From Escherichia coli (lineage in GTDB: Bacteria; Pseudomonadota; Gammaproteobacteria; Enterobacterales; Enterobacteriaceae), in the NCBI RefSeq assembly GCF_003334355.1, contig NZ_QOWP01000005.1: DNA of 64,000 bases; one strand, written 5' to 3'. Below the pieces are notes generated by a model. It ran no database searches, was not told where the DNA came from, and was given only the letters and a program-made list of their open reading frames with translations. The position numbers and the translations under genes were made by a program. Shown piece after piece: positions 48,675 to 59,293 of this stretch. Numbering within the stretch: the stretch's first letter is position 1; each line of letters opens with the position of its first letter.

Positions 48675-50186
48675 TCAGTGCACAGACAGAATGGCGGACA
48701 TCAGCTCATCCACATTGACCGGCGAGTGAAACTCCTGCGAGAACGTGCCGTGCTGTAATAACAGGATGCGGTCACACACCAGCGGCAACTCCTCCACTTC
48801 ACTGGAGATAAACACCACGCTTTTTCCTTCGGCAGCCAGCTCACGGACAATACGGTAAATCTGCTGTTTGGCTTCGATATCGACGCCGCGCGTTGGCTCG
48901 TCGAGCAACAAAATCTGGCTGGCGGCATAGACCCAACGACCGATCACTACTTTTTGCTGATTGCCGCCAGAAAGCGTGCCGATGGGCGTTTCGCTACTGG
49001 CGGCCTTGACCGTCATCCGCTGCATCACTTCTTCGGTCAGGCGGCGGATGGTGGACCATTGCAGCACTCCGTTGGCGCTGATTTTTTGCCGATTGGTCAG
49101 CACTGTATTTTCGTCAACGCCCAACCAGGGAATGATCCCCGCTTCTTTGCGGTTTTCTGGCGTATAGCCAATGCCGCGTTTCAGCATGTCGCCGTAATCG
49201 GGGCGCGTGATTTTCTCGCCGTTGATAACAATTTCGCCCTGTTCATACTCCTCCAGCCCAACAATCGCCTTCAGCAATTCACTGCGCCCTGCCCCCAGCA
49301 GACCAGCAATGCCGAGCACTTCGCCACGACGTAGCGTAAAACTGATATCCTCCAGCTTGGGCTTATGGCGTAACGCACGGACTTCCAGTACGGCCTGATC
49401 CACAATTTCCTGAGGGGCAACCGGCGCAATATCAACGTGATCGCGCCCGAGCATCAGCGACACAATATGATGCGTGGAGGTGTTTTCGAGCATCACATCG
49501 CCCGCCACCTGACCATCGCGCATAACGGTGGCACAGGAGGCAATGCGGCGAATTTCTTCCATCCGGTGGCTGACATAAATTACCGCCACGCCCAGTGCCG
49601 ACATCTTTTTCACCGCGCTGATCACCAGTTCAACTTCCGCACTGGCAAGCGAACTGGTAGGTTCATCAAGAATGACCACGCGCGGCTCGCCCTTCATCAC
49701 CCGCGCAATTTCCACCAGCTGCTTTTGCGCCGGGCTTAGTGTTGAAACAAGTTGTTCAGGACTAACGTCAACGCCCAACGCCTGTAAGCAACGTTGGGCA
49801 TCCTGCGCCATTTGCAGGTAATCAATCATGCCGTTGCGGCGGGGCCACTGACCGAGGCAGAAGTTTTCCGCCACCGTCAGCCCTTCCACCAGACTTAACT
49901 CCTGATAAACCGCGCGTACCCCCAGTTCAGCGGCACGGCGAGTCAGCGTAGCTTCGTCGCCTTCCAGTCGCGTCTCGCCAATCCAGATATCACCGCTATC
50001 CGGACGTTCGCTACCGGTAAGCATTCGAATGAGGGTCGATTTGCCCGCGCCGTTTTTGCCTAACAGCGCACGAACTTCGCCTTTATTGAGCGTGAAGTTA
50101 ACGTTATCCAACGCAACGACGCCGGGATAACGCTTATTTCCTGCCACCACTTTTGCTACCGGGACTGCCTCTGTTGCCGTGAACAT
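48675..50186 (-). CDS. yphE: ABC transporter ATPase with duplicated ATP-binding domains, YphE
   Basis: ORF track 503 aa; two Walker A motifs (GKNGAGKST; GLLGAGRS) and LSGG signatures. Confidence 0.92.
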   Translation of the reverse strand: MFTATEAVPVAKVVAGNKRYPGVVALDNVNFTLNKGEVRALLGKNGAGKSTLIRMLTGSERPDSGDIWIGETRLEGDEATLTRRAAELGVRAVYQELSLVEGLTVAENFCLGQWPRRNGMIDYLQMAQDAQRCLQALGVDVSPEQLVSTLSPAQKQLVEIARVMKGEPRVVILDEPTSSLASAEVELVISAVKKMSALGVAVIYVSHRMEEIRRIASCATVMRDGQVAGDVMLENTSTHHIVSLMLGRDHVDIAPVAPQEIVDQAVLEVRALRHKPKLEDISFTLRRGEVLGIAGLLGAGRSELLKAIVGLEEYEQGEIVINGEKITRPDYGDMLKRGIGYTPENRKEAGIIPWLGVDENTVLTNRQKISANGVLQWSTIRRLTEEVMQRMTVKAASSETPIGTLSGGNQQKVVIGRWVYAASQILLLDEPTRGVDIEAKQQIYRIVRELAAEGKSVVFISSEVEELPLVCDRILLLQHGTFSQEFHSPVNVDELMSAILSVH

Positions 50187-50208
50187 AGGGACCTCTGCGA
50201 ATCAGCGA

Positions 50209-51192
50209 TTAGGGCAGACCATCAACGTGCGTTGCCAGCCACTGTTTACCGTCTTCCGTTTTGGTATAGAGATCGATAGGCACCTGAATCACTTTTTCAC
50301 CGTCGGCTTGTTTATTGATAACCTTCAATGTTTGCGCGAAAACAGCATTGCCCATTTTCTTACCGGAAATATCCACTACCGCTTTCAGCACCTGATTGTT
50401 TTCCAGCTCCTGAGCAATTTCGGTTGTCATATCCGAACCGAAAACAGCAATTTTTCCGGCCTGATTTTGATTACGTACCGCTTTTACCGCGCCGAGTGTC
50501 GCACCGCCCGATTCCCCCATAATGGCGTTGAGATCCGGCGTGGAGATAATCAGTTTTTCACCAACGGAAATCGCTTTATCTAAAACAGTCCCTTCCTGAT
50601 TAGCGACAATTTGCGCGCCGGGAACGCGGGCTTTTAATACTTCTTCAAACCCTTTACGTCGTTGCACACAAACTTCAAAGGCTTCGCAATTGATGACGGC
50701 AATTTTCGGCTGGTCAATTTTATTGGCAATAAAATAATCGGCGGCAGCGTTACCCAGTTTTTTACCAAATTCCAGTGGATCGCCGACCAGATACGCCGAG
50801 ACATATTTATCGACACCCTTTTGATTAATACAGGTGTTGTAGCAAATCACCGGAATACCCGCTTCACTGGCGCGACGAACGGTACGGCTACTGCCATTTT
50901 CAGACACTGCCGATAAAATAATGGCATCGACATTACGCGCCACGAGGGTATCAACAAAGGTACTTTCTTTCGAAATATCACCCTGGGCGTTAGTTTCAAT
51001 TAACTGTACCTGTACTGAAGAATCTTTTGCCGCATCCTGAACGCCCTGACGCACTCCAGCGTAATATCCCTGGGTATCAAGGTATATTGCACCAATGGTC
51101 ATTTCTTTATCCGCAGCCCTGGCAAATAGTGCGCTACCTAATAGCGTAGCCATTAATAATAGATTACGGGTTGTTCTCATTTTTTTAGGCAT
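50209..51192 (-). CDS. yphF: periplasmic sugar-binding protein YphF
   Basis: ORF track 327 aa; signal peptide; periplasmic-binding-protein fold-like composition. Confidence 0.9.
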   Translation of the reverse strand: MPKKMRTTRNLLLMATLLGSALFARAADKEMTIGAIYLDTQGYYAGVRQGVQDAAKDSSVQVQLIETNAQGDISKESTFVDTLVARNVDAIILSAVSENGSSRTVRRASEAGIPVICYNTCINQKGVDKYVSAYLVGDPLEFGKKLGNAAADYFIANKIDQPKIAVINCEAFEVCVQRRKGFEEVLKARVPGAQIVANQEGTVLDKAISVGEKLIISTPDLNAIMGESGGATLGAVKAVRNQNQAGKIAVFGSDMTTEIAQELENNQVLKAVVDISGKKMGNAVFAQTLKVINKQADGEKVIQVPIDLYTKTEDGKQWLATHVDGLP

Positions 51193-51288
51193 AGTACCTC
51201 CTGTAGGGTTTTTATTAACAACGGCTTATTCTAATTATTTTGTGATGAGCGGCAGCGCATGCCGCTCAAATATTACAGTTAATAGGGT

Positions 51289-54200
51289 TTAGTGAACGTA
51301 GTTAAAAATAAAAGGCATCACGGTGGTGAATAATGCCGCTTTCGGCCAGGCCGGATTAATCGCCGTCAATTCAGCGCGAGCAGATTCATATTGCGCAACC
51401 TCCCCGAGTCCCGCGGACGCCAGCATCGCCACCATCAGGCATTTTTCTTTATGCTGCTGTTGTAAATCGCCATACAGCGACAACAGGTCAGGTTGTGAAA
51501 CAGCAAAGAAATCCGCCTCAATACTGGTTTTCGCCATCTCTTGCGCCCACTGTTTCATTTCACTAAACAGTTGCTGTGCGGTTTGCTGTTCACCCAGCAG
51601 TCGCAGCGCCATTCCTTGCCAGAAGAGATAATCAACCGGCTGATCGTTGTAATAACTGTGGATGTTAATGGTGCGATCGCCGGTCGCCGCCAGACGTAAA
51701 CAACGCATCGCTTCAGTTTCATCGCCCTGCGCGTTGGCGCATATCGCCTGCCAGAACCAGATGTCGTTATCAGTTTGCCCCGGTAAACGGCCTTCGCTTA
51801 AATTCTCCGGATAATGCAGCGCGGCATGAAGCAGTTCGCTGGCCTGCTGCGGCTCTCTGGCATCAAGATGCTGCCAGGCGCGTAATAACTGGTTGAGGAT
51901 AAACTGACTGGTGACCTTCCCTTCCCCGCCTTCCCACGGGTGGAATTTACGCGTGGCGAGAATGTCCGCCGCTTTGTCTGCCTGACCCGTGAGATGCCAC
52001 AAATTGAGCAGTTCTGCGGTCATGTCGTCGCGTTTCAGCGCAATTTCCTGATTATTTTCCAGACGCGCCAGTCGTTTCTCCGGTGTGGCTCCACTTAACT
52101 TATCAAGCAAATCCCGTTCGAAAAGCAGACGTGCATCCTGCGGCGCAAGCTGATAAGCATTATCAAGATAACGCGCGGCCAGCTCATAATCGTGTTGCTT
52201 ATTCCACGCATGGATCGCTAACCCGCGCCAGCCGTCGGCAAACTCCGGCGACATCTCTACGCAACGTTGCCATAAGGCAATGGCTTTGTTGTAGCTACGT
52301 TTGTTATAGTAGAAGCAGGCCAGTAAATGGCGAGCAAACCAGCACTCTTCAATACTCTCCAGCGCCGCCACTTCTTCCAGCGTATTCGGGAAACGGACAA
52401 ACTGCGGGAAGACATCAATGGCTTTTGCGACCAGTTCGCCACGTTCGGCTTTCGGCAGCAAGCTGGCTTGCAGGTAAAGCGGCAGCGTGCGCTGGCAGTC
52501 CAGTGCGTTCAGCATCTCTGCCGCCAGGGTGGGCATTCCCCAGTTAATCAGTTGCCCGGCGGTCATCAGAGCGTTAACGTCGCGTCCCTGACACAGACCG
52601 CGCCACTGCGCGAGGGCTGATTCGCTACGACCATCGAACCAGTTCAGCCACCACAGAGTGGCGTTCAGCGGATAATCGCGCAGCAGTTTCTCGCGCTGCA
52701 AACGCGCGTTGTCCTGACGACCACTTAACACCAGCAGCAGGTTATGCAGGCAAAGCACTTCCTGATTGGTTGGGCAGGCGCGAAGACTTTGTTGGCAAAA
52801 ATCCAGACCCGCATCGAAGTTACCATTACGCGCAGCCAGTCGTGCCAGGCCATAATAGCCACCGGCTTTGCTGTTGCCGCTCCAGACCGCCCGCCAGAAA
52901 TCCTCTTCGGCTTGTTGATATTGTCCCTGACGTTCGTAAGCACTGGCGCGAATCAAACTCGCCTGTCCGCACTGCGGATTTTTGTTCAGCGCATGTGCGC
53001 GTTTCAGAGCCTGAGTGGCATACGCCACCGCTTGCGGGAAATCGGCACGGTTATATTCCAGCATCGCCAGCGCCAGGTTACAGCGGTAATCCAGCGGATC
53101 CAGCGCCACGCCGCGTAGGTAGTAATCGAACGGTGAACGGCTGGCGTGATGATATTGCTCCAGATGCTGACCGATAAACCAGGCTTCATCTGTACTGGTA
53201 ATGTCTTGTGCTGCCAGTGGCGCTTTGGCGACGTCCGGCAACGGCAACTCTTGCGGCTGATGTTCCTGATAACTCAGTACAATATTGCCGTCGGCATCGG
53301 AGAGCTCAATGGTCAGCCTTTCAGGATTGATACCGTGCAACACGCCCTGGATGGCGGTCGCAGGCATCAGTGCCACGGCATCATCAAGTAACGCGTTGCA
53401 TTTGCCGATTTCGCGGATCGCCAGGCGGTATCCGTTCAACGGAGAGATGGCATACAGCCCCCACTCAATCCCCCGCTCACTACGCTGGAGTTTTATCACC
53501 GCATCGCGGGAGGCATTTTGCACCATGCCCAAAGAATGATAAGGCAGGAAATACTGCTCAAAACGCTTCTCTTCGTAAGCATCAAGCCAGGTAAAATCAG
53601 GCTGGTTATCGGCAAAAATACCGGTCATCAGTTCGATATACGGGCCGTTATTGTCGGTCAGACTCTTATCCCACGCCTGGCCAAATTCACTGTGTCCCCA
53701 GCTCCACTGCTTTTTACCTGGCGCAATATGGTGGTTGGCAACGTGTAGCAAACCACCATCTTCATCGTGACACCACGCGCCAACAAAATCGTACTGTGAT
53801 TTTTCAGCCATATATGAGGTTGGAACGGGCACATTTTTATAGCGAGAAATGTCCACTCCAGCGGAGTAGTCCACTTTGTAGTAAGTGCCGGTGGCGATGG
53901 GGAAAGCGGAGACGGCCCGTTTGCCGTGATCAAACACCGCAGTCACATCCGGCGGGAAAACGCTCTGATGCCCTTCCCCCCCTTTCACTGCCGGGTTGGC
54001 CCACCACAAGAAATGACGCGGCGTGGCGTTGCCGTTATAGACGCGGCTGGCGATTTCCAGCGCCGCCCGGTCAGGGCGCAGGGTGAAACCTGTCATCACC
54101 TGTAAACCATGCATCGGCTCCGTTTCGCCGACCCACACCGTCTGTGCGCCGTCTTCATGGGCTTCGAGGGTGAAATCAACGGGCATAAAGGTGGTCGGGC

Positions 54201-54570
54201 GATGGTGTTGCGGCCAGTTAAACTCAATCCCGCCAGAGATCCACGGTCCCAGCAGCCCCACCAGCGCAGGTTTAATGACTTCATTGTGATAGACAAAATC
54301 GCGCTGTTTCACTTTATCCCATGCGCGATGCACCCGACCGCCCAGTTCCGGCAGGATCATCACTTTGATGTAGTCGTTTTCCAGCCACACCGCCTGCCAG
54401 GATTTCAGGGTTTTCTGTTCACTCAGCGTATCGGTCACGCCGTAGGGATAAACCGCGCCGGACGATCCCTGATAAACGCGATTTTCCAGGAACATGGGAT
54501 GTATATCCTGCGGCCCGGTTTCATAGGTCGGGATCTCAACGCGCTCTTGCCACACTTTTACTGGAGTCAT
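51289..54570 (-). CDS. yphG: large uncharacterized protein YphG (TPR-like repeats in the C-terminal half)
   Basis: ORF track frame; ATG 54570 with GAGGG SD gives 1093 aa; the track's TTG start at 54663 would leave only about 20 bp for divergent promoters. Confidence 0.85.
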   Translation of the reverse strand: MTPVKVWQERVEIPTYETGPQDIHPMFLENRVYQGSSGAVYPYGVTDTLSEQKTLKSWQAVWLENDYIKVMILPELGGRVHRAWDKVKQRDFVYHNEVIKPALVGLLGPWISGGIEFNWPQHHRPTTFMPVDFTLEAHEDGAQTVWVGETEPMHGLQVMTGFTLRPDRAALEIASRVYNGNATPRHFLWWANPAVKGGEGHQSVFPPDVTAVFDHGKRAVSAFPIATGTYYKVDYSAGVDISRYKNVPVPTSYMAEKSQYDFVGAWCHDEDGGLLHVANHHIAPGKKQWSWGHSEFGQAWDKSLTDNNGPYIELMTGIFADNQPDFTWLDAYEEKRFEQYFLPYHSLGMVQNASRDAVIKLQRSERGIEWGLYAISPLNGYRLAIREIGKCNALLDDAVALMPATAIQGVLHGINPERLTIELSDADGNIVLSYQEHQPQELPLPDVAKAPLAAQDITSTDEAWFIGQHLEQYHHASRSPFDYYLRGVALDPLDYRCNLALAMLEYNRADFPQAVAYATQALKRAHALNKNPQCGQASLIRASAYERQGQYQQAEEDFWRAVWSGNSKAGGYYGLARLAARNGNFDAGLDFCQQSLRACPTNQEVLCLHNLLLVLSGRQDNARLQREKLLRDYPLNATLWWLNWFDGRSESALAQWRGLCQGRDVNALMTAGQLINWGMPTLAAEMLNALDCQRTLPLYLQASLLPKAERGELVAKAIDVFPQFVRFPNTLEEVAALESIEECWFARHLLACFYYNKRSYNKAIALWQRCVEMSPEFADGWRGLAIHAWNKQHDYELAARYLDNAYQLAPQDARLLFERDLLDKLSGATPEKRLARLENNQEIALKRDDMTAELLNLWHLTGQADKAADILATRKFHPWEGGEGKVTSQFILNQLLRAWQHLDAREPQQASELLHAALHYPENLSEGRLPGQTDNDIWFWQAICANAQGDETEAMRCLRLAATGDRTINIHSYYNDQPVDYLFWQGMALRLLGEQQTAQQLFSEMKQWAQEMAKTSIEADFFAVSQPDLLSLYGDLQQQHKEKCLMVAMLASAGLGEVAQYESARAELTAINPAWPKAALFTTVMPFIFNYVH

Positions 54571-54687
54571 GGTGCCCTCAATATTAACAAGACATACTGA
54601 ATTAAAAGATTTGTGGCAGTGTATTGAACAATCTGGCAATGTTTTCGCGGAATAATCACGCAATTAACTAAACAAGGTTTAGTGAAG

Positions 54688-55881
54688 ATGAGAGCCTGCA
54701 TTAACAACCAACAGATTCGCCACCATAACAAATGCGTGATTCTGGAACTGCTGTACCGGCAAAAGCGCGCCAATAAATCAACGCTGGCCCGGCTGGCGCA
54801 AATTTCGATTCCGGCAGTCAGTAATATTTTGCAGGAACTGGAAAGCGAAAAACGGGTGGTGAATATCGACGATGAAAGCCAGACGCGCGGGCATAGTAGC
54901 GGTACATGGCTGATTGCGCCGGAAGGTGACTGGACGCTGTGTCTGAACGTGACGCCCACCAGTATTGAGTGTCAGGTTGCTAATGCTTGTTTAAGTCCGA
55001 AAGGTGAATTTGAGTATTTACAGATTGATGCACCGACGCCGCAGGCGCTGCTGTCCGAAATCGAAAAATGCTGGCATCGCCACCGTAAATTGTGGCCGGA
55101 CCGCACCATCAATCTGGCGCTGGCAATCCACGGTCAGGTTGATCCGGTGACCGGCGTATCGCAAACCATGCCGCAAGCGCCGTGGACAACGCCGGTTGAG
55201 GTGAAGTATCTGCTGGAAGAGAAGCTGGGCATTCGGGTGATGGTCGATAATGACTGCGTGATGCTGGCGCTGGCGGAGAAATGGCAAAATAATTCGCAGG
55301 AACGGGATTTCTGCGTGATCAACGTTGATTACGGCATTGGCTCGTCGTTCGTGATTAACGAGCAAATTTATCGCGGCAGTTTGTATGGTAGCGGACAGAT
55401 TGGTCACACCATCGTTAATCCGGATGGCGTCGTCTGCGACTGTGGACGTTACGGCTGCCTGGAAACCGTCGCCTCGTTAAGTGCATTAAAAAAACAGGCG
55501 CGGGTATGGCTAAAATCACAACCGGTTAATACTCAGCTTGATCCTGAAAAACTGACAACCGCGCAGTTAATCGCTGCCTGGCAGAGTGGAGAACCGTGGA
55601 TCACCAGCTGGGTTGATCGCTCTGCCAATGCCATTGGTTTGAGTCTGTATAACTTCCTCAACATCCTCAATATTAATCAGATTTGGTTGTACGGTCGCAG
55701 TTGTGCCTTTGGTGAGAACTGGCTTAATACTATTATTCGCCAGACAGGATTTAACCCGTTCGACCGCGACGAAGGACCGAGCGTGAAAGCGACGCAAATT
55801 GGCTTTGGGCAATTAAGCCGCGCACAACAGGTGCTGGGAATTGGCTATTTGTATGTTGAGGCGCAGTTACGACAGATTTGA
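54688..55881 (+). CDS. yphH: ROK-family (NagC/XylR-like) transcriptional regulator YphH
   Basis: ORF track frame; ATG 54688 (397 aa); N-terminal HTH; ROK Cys motif C-x-C-G-x2-G-C. Confidence 0.85.
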   Translation: MRACINNQQIRHHNKCVILELLYRQKRANKSTLARLAQISIPAVSNILQELESEKRVVNIDDESQTRGHSSGTWLIAPEGDWTLCLNVTPTSIECQVANACLSPKGEFEYLQIDAPTPQALLSEIEKCWHRHRKLWPDRTINLALAIHGQVDPVTGVSQTMPQAPWTTPVEVKYLLEEKLGIRVMVDNDCVMLALAEKWQNNSQERDFCVINVDYGIGSSFVINEQIYRGSLYGSGQIGHTIVNPDGVVCDCGRYGCLETVASLSALKKQARVWLKSQPVNTQLDPEKLTTAQLIAAWQSGEPWITSWVDRSANAIGLSLYNFLNILNINQIWLYGRSCAFGENWLNTIIRQTGFNPFDRDEGPSVKATQIGFGQLSRAQQVLGIGYLYVEAQLRQI

Positions 55882-55940
55882 TGGCGCGATAACGTAGAAA
55901 GGCTTCCCGAAGGAAGCCTTGATGATCATAAACGAAAAAT

Positions 55941-56036
55941 TGCCTGATGCGCTACGCTTATCAGGCCTACACGGAGATTGCAATATATTGAATTTGCAAG
56001 ATTTTGTAGGCCTGAGAAGGTGTTCATGCCGCATCC
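55941..56036. repeat. BIME: two inverted REP elements flanking an AT-rich core
   Basis: GCCTGATGCGCTACGCTTATCAGGCCTAC ... GTAGGCCTGAGAAGGTGTTCATGCCGCATCC; core ATTGCAATATATTGAATTTGCAAG; a separate stem-loop lies at 55900..55919. Confidence 0.85.
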
Positions 56037-56078
56037 AACATGAACAACGAGCACATTGTCAGCAAATCACCGTTTCGC

Positions 56079-57332
56079 TTATGCGTAAACCGGGTAACGT
56101 GCGCAGATGTCGAGAACTTTACCTTTGATGCGCTCGATAACGGCTTCATCATTGATGCTGTCCAGCACGTCACACATCCAGCCAGCCAGTTCTTTCGCTT
56201 CGGCTTCTTTGAAGCCGCGACGCGTAATTGCCGGAGTACCCACGCGAATACCGGAGGTCACAAACGGGCTCTTCGGATCGTTCGGTACGCTGTTTTTGTT
56301 GACGGTGATGTTAGCACGGCCCAGAGCGGCGTCTGCTTCTTTACCGGTCAGGTTTTTATCAACCAGATCAACCAGGAACAGGTGGTTATCAGTGCCGCCG
56401 GAAACGACTTTGTAGCCGCGCTCGAGGAACACTTCTACCATCGCTTTAGCGTTTTTCGCGACCTGCTGCTGGTAAGTTTTGAACTCAGGCTCCATCGCTT
56501 CTTTCAGAGCAACCGCTTTACCGGCGATTACGTGCATCAACGGACCGCCCTGACCACCAGGGAAAACGGCAGAGTTCAGTTTTTTGTACAGCTCTTCGCT
56601 ACCACCTTTCGCCAGGATCAGGCCGCCGCGCGGACCCGCCAGGGTTTTGTGAGTGGTGGTAGTAACAACGTGAGCATGAGGAACCGGGTTCGGGTAGACG
56701 CCAGCAGCAACCAGGCCCGCAACGTGCGCCATATCAACGAACAGGTAAGCACCGATGCTGTCAGCGATTTCACGCATTTTCGCCCAGTCAACCACGCCGG
56801 AATATGCAGAGAAGCCACCGATAATCATTTTCGGCTTGTGTTCTTTGGCTTGTTTTTCCAGATCGGCGTAGTCGATATGACCGGTAGCATCGATACCGTA
56901 AGGAACGATGTTGTACAGTTTACCGGAGAAGTTAACCGGAGAACCGTGAGTCAGGTGACCGCCATGCGCCAGGTTCATACCCAGAACGGTATCACCTGGT
57001 TCCAGCAGCGCGGTGTAGACCGCAAAGTTAGCCTGGGAGCCGGAGTGCGGCTGGACGTTAGCGTAGTCAGCGCCGAACAGTTCTTTCGCACGATCGATCG
57101 CCAGTTGTTCAACGATATCAACATACTCGCAACCGCCGTAGTAGCGTTTGCCCGGATAACCTTCAGCATATTTGTTGGTCAGCTGAGAACCCTGCGCCTG
57201 CATTACGCGCGGGCTGGTGTAGTTTTCGGAGGCGATCAGTTCGATGTGCTCTTCCTGACGTACTTTTTCCTGCTTCATAGCCTGCCACAGTTCGGCATCA
57301 TAATCGGCAATGTTCATTTCACGCTTTAACAT
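56079..57332 (-). CDS. glyA: serine hydroxymethyltransferase
   Basis: ORF track frame; start at [19 protein letters not shown] (417 aa); PLP-Lys context [14 protein letters not shown]. Confidence 0.97.
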   Translation of the reverse strand: MLKREMNIADYDAELWQAMKQEKVRQEEHIELIASENYTSPRVMQAQGSQLTNKYAEGYPGKRYYGGCEYVDIVEQLAIDRAKELFGADYANVQPHSGSQANFAVYTALLEPGDTVLGMNLAHGGHLTHGSPVNFSGKLYNIVPYGIDATGHIDYADLEKQAKEHKPKMIIGGFSAYSGVVDWAKMREIADSIGAYLFVDMAHVAGLVAAGVYPNPVPHAHVVTTTTHKTLAGPRGGLILAKGGSEELYKKLNSAVFPGGQGGPLMHVIAGKAVALKEAMEPEFKTYQQQVAKNAKAMVEVFLERGYKVVSGGTDNHLFLVDLVDKNLTGKEADAALGRANITVNKNSVPNDPKSPFVTSGIRVGTPAITRRGFKEAEAKELAGWMCDVLDSINDEAVIERIKGKVLDICARYPVYA

Positions 57333-57610
57333 CCGCATCTCCTGACTCAGCTAACAATAAAATTTTTGGCCTTTATAGGCGGTCCTGTTGGACAACGGCG
57401 AACAGTATAACCGAATCATTGTGCGATAACAGGTCTTGACAAAGGAATTTACGCAAACGATTACCTTCAGGCTACGCAAGGCTTTGGAGAATAAAGAGCT
57501 TGCAACCGGAAACGGATTTCTTTTCAGGTTTGTGATGCAAATTTTTCACTTCATCACATTCTTTCTGAAAAACACCAAAGAACCATTTACATTGCAGGGC
57601 TATTTTTTAT

Positions 57611-57633
57611 AAGATGCATTTGAGATACATCAA
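57611..57633 (+). promoter_or_regulatory. NsrR-type operator-like inverted repeat in the hmp promoter
   Basis: AAGATGCATTTGAGATACATCAA about 30 bp upstream of the hmp ATG; left half AAGATGCATTT matches the recalled NsrR half-site. Confidence 0.55.
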
Positions 57634-57659
57634 TTAAGATGCAAAAAAAGGAAGACCAT

Positions 57660-58850
57660 ATGCTTGACGCTCAAACCATCGCTACAGTAAAAGCCACCAT
57701 CCCTTTACTGGTGGAAACGGGGCCAAAGTTAACCGCCCATTTCTACGACCGTATGTTTACTCATAACCCAGAACTCAAAGAAATTTTTAACATGAGTAAC
57801 CAGCGTAATGGCGATCAACGTGAAGCCCTGTTTAACGCTATTGCCGCCTACGCCAGTAATATTGAAAACCTGCCTGCGCTGCTGCCAGCGGTAGAAAAAA
57901 TCGCGCAGAAGCACACCAGTTTCCAGATCAAACCGGAACAGTACAACATCGTCGGCGAACACCTGTTGGCAACGCTGGACGAAATGTTCAGCCCGGGGCA
58001 GGAAGTGCTGGACGCGTGGGGTAAAGCCTATGGTGTACTGGCTAATGTATTTATCAATCGCGAGGCGGAAATCTATAACGAAAACGCCAGCAAAGCCGGT
58101 GGTTGGGAAGGTACTCGCGATTTCCGCATTGTGGCTAAAACACCGCGCAGCGCGCTTATCACCAGCTTCGAACTGGAGCCGGTCGACGGTGGCGCAGTGG
58201 CAGAATACCGTCCGGGGCAATATCTCGGCGTCTGGCTGAAGCCGGAAGGTTTCCCGCATCAGGAAATTCGTCAGTACTCTTTGACTCGCAAACCGGATGG
58301 CAAAGGCTATCGTATTGCGGTGAAACGCGAAGAGGGTGGGCAGGTATCCAACTGGTTGCACAATCACGCCAATGTTGGCGATGTCGTGAAACTGGTCGCT
58401 CCGGCAGGTGATTTCTTTATGGCTGTCGCAGATGACACACCAGTGACGTTAATCTCTGCCGGTGTTGGTCAAACGCCAATGCTGGCAATGCTCGACACGC
58501 TGGCAAAAGCAGGCCACACAGCACAAGTGAACTGGTTCCATGCGGCAGAAAATGGCGATGTTCACGCCTTTGCCGATGAAGTTAAGGAACTGGGGCAGTC
58601 ACTGCCGCGCTTTACCGCGCACACCTGGTATCGTCAGCCGAGCGAAGCCGATCGCGCTAAAGGTCAGTTTGATAGCGAAGGTCTGATGGATTTGAGCAAA
58701 CTGGAAGGTGCGTTCAGCGATCCGACAATGCAGTTCTATCTCTGCGGCCCGGTTGGCTTCATGCAGTTTACCGCGAAACAGTTAGTGGATCTGGGCGTGA
58801 AGCAGGAAAACATTCATTACGAATGCTTTGGCCCGCATAAGGTGCTGTAA
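57660..58850 (+). CDS. hmp: flavohemoglobin (nitric oxide dioxygenase)
   Basis: ORF track frame; ATG 57660 with AAGGAAG SD ([17 protein letters not shown]..., 396 aa). Confidence 0.97.
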
Positions 58851-58856
58851 TTTGAT

Positions 58857-58882
58857 GTTGCCGGATGGAAACATCCGGCAAC
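58857..58882. terminator. stem-loop between convergent hmp and glnB (probable terminator)
   Basis: GTTGCCGGATG-GAAA-CATCCGGCAAC perfect hairpin; flanking U-tracts weak on both strands. Confidence 0.5.
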
Positions 58883-58894
58883 CCTTGACGCGGT

Positions 58895-59269
<375 letters not shown>

Positions 59270-59293
59270 CTAAACGTAACACATAACGCCAAT

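Noticed and set aside
56079-57332. Possible single-residue difference in GlyA near the N-terminus (WQAMKQEK)
   Set aside because: It rests only on imperfect recall of the reference protein and cannot be verified without an alignment.
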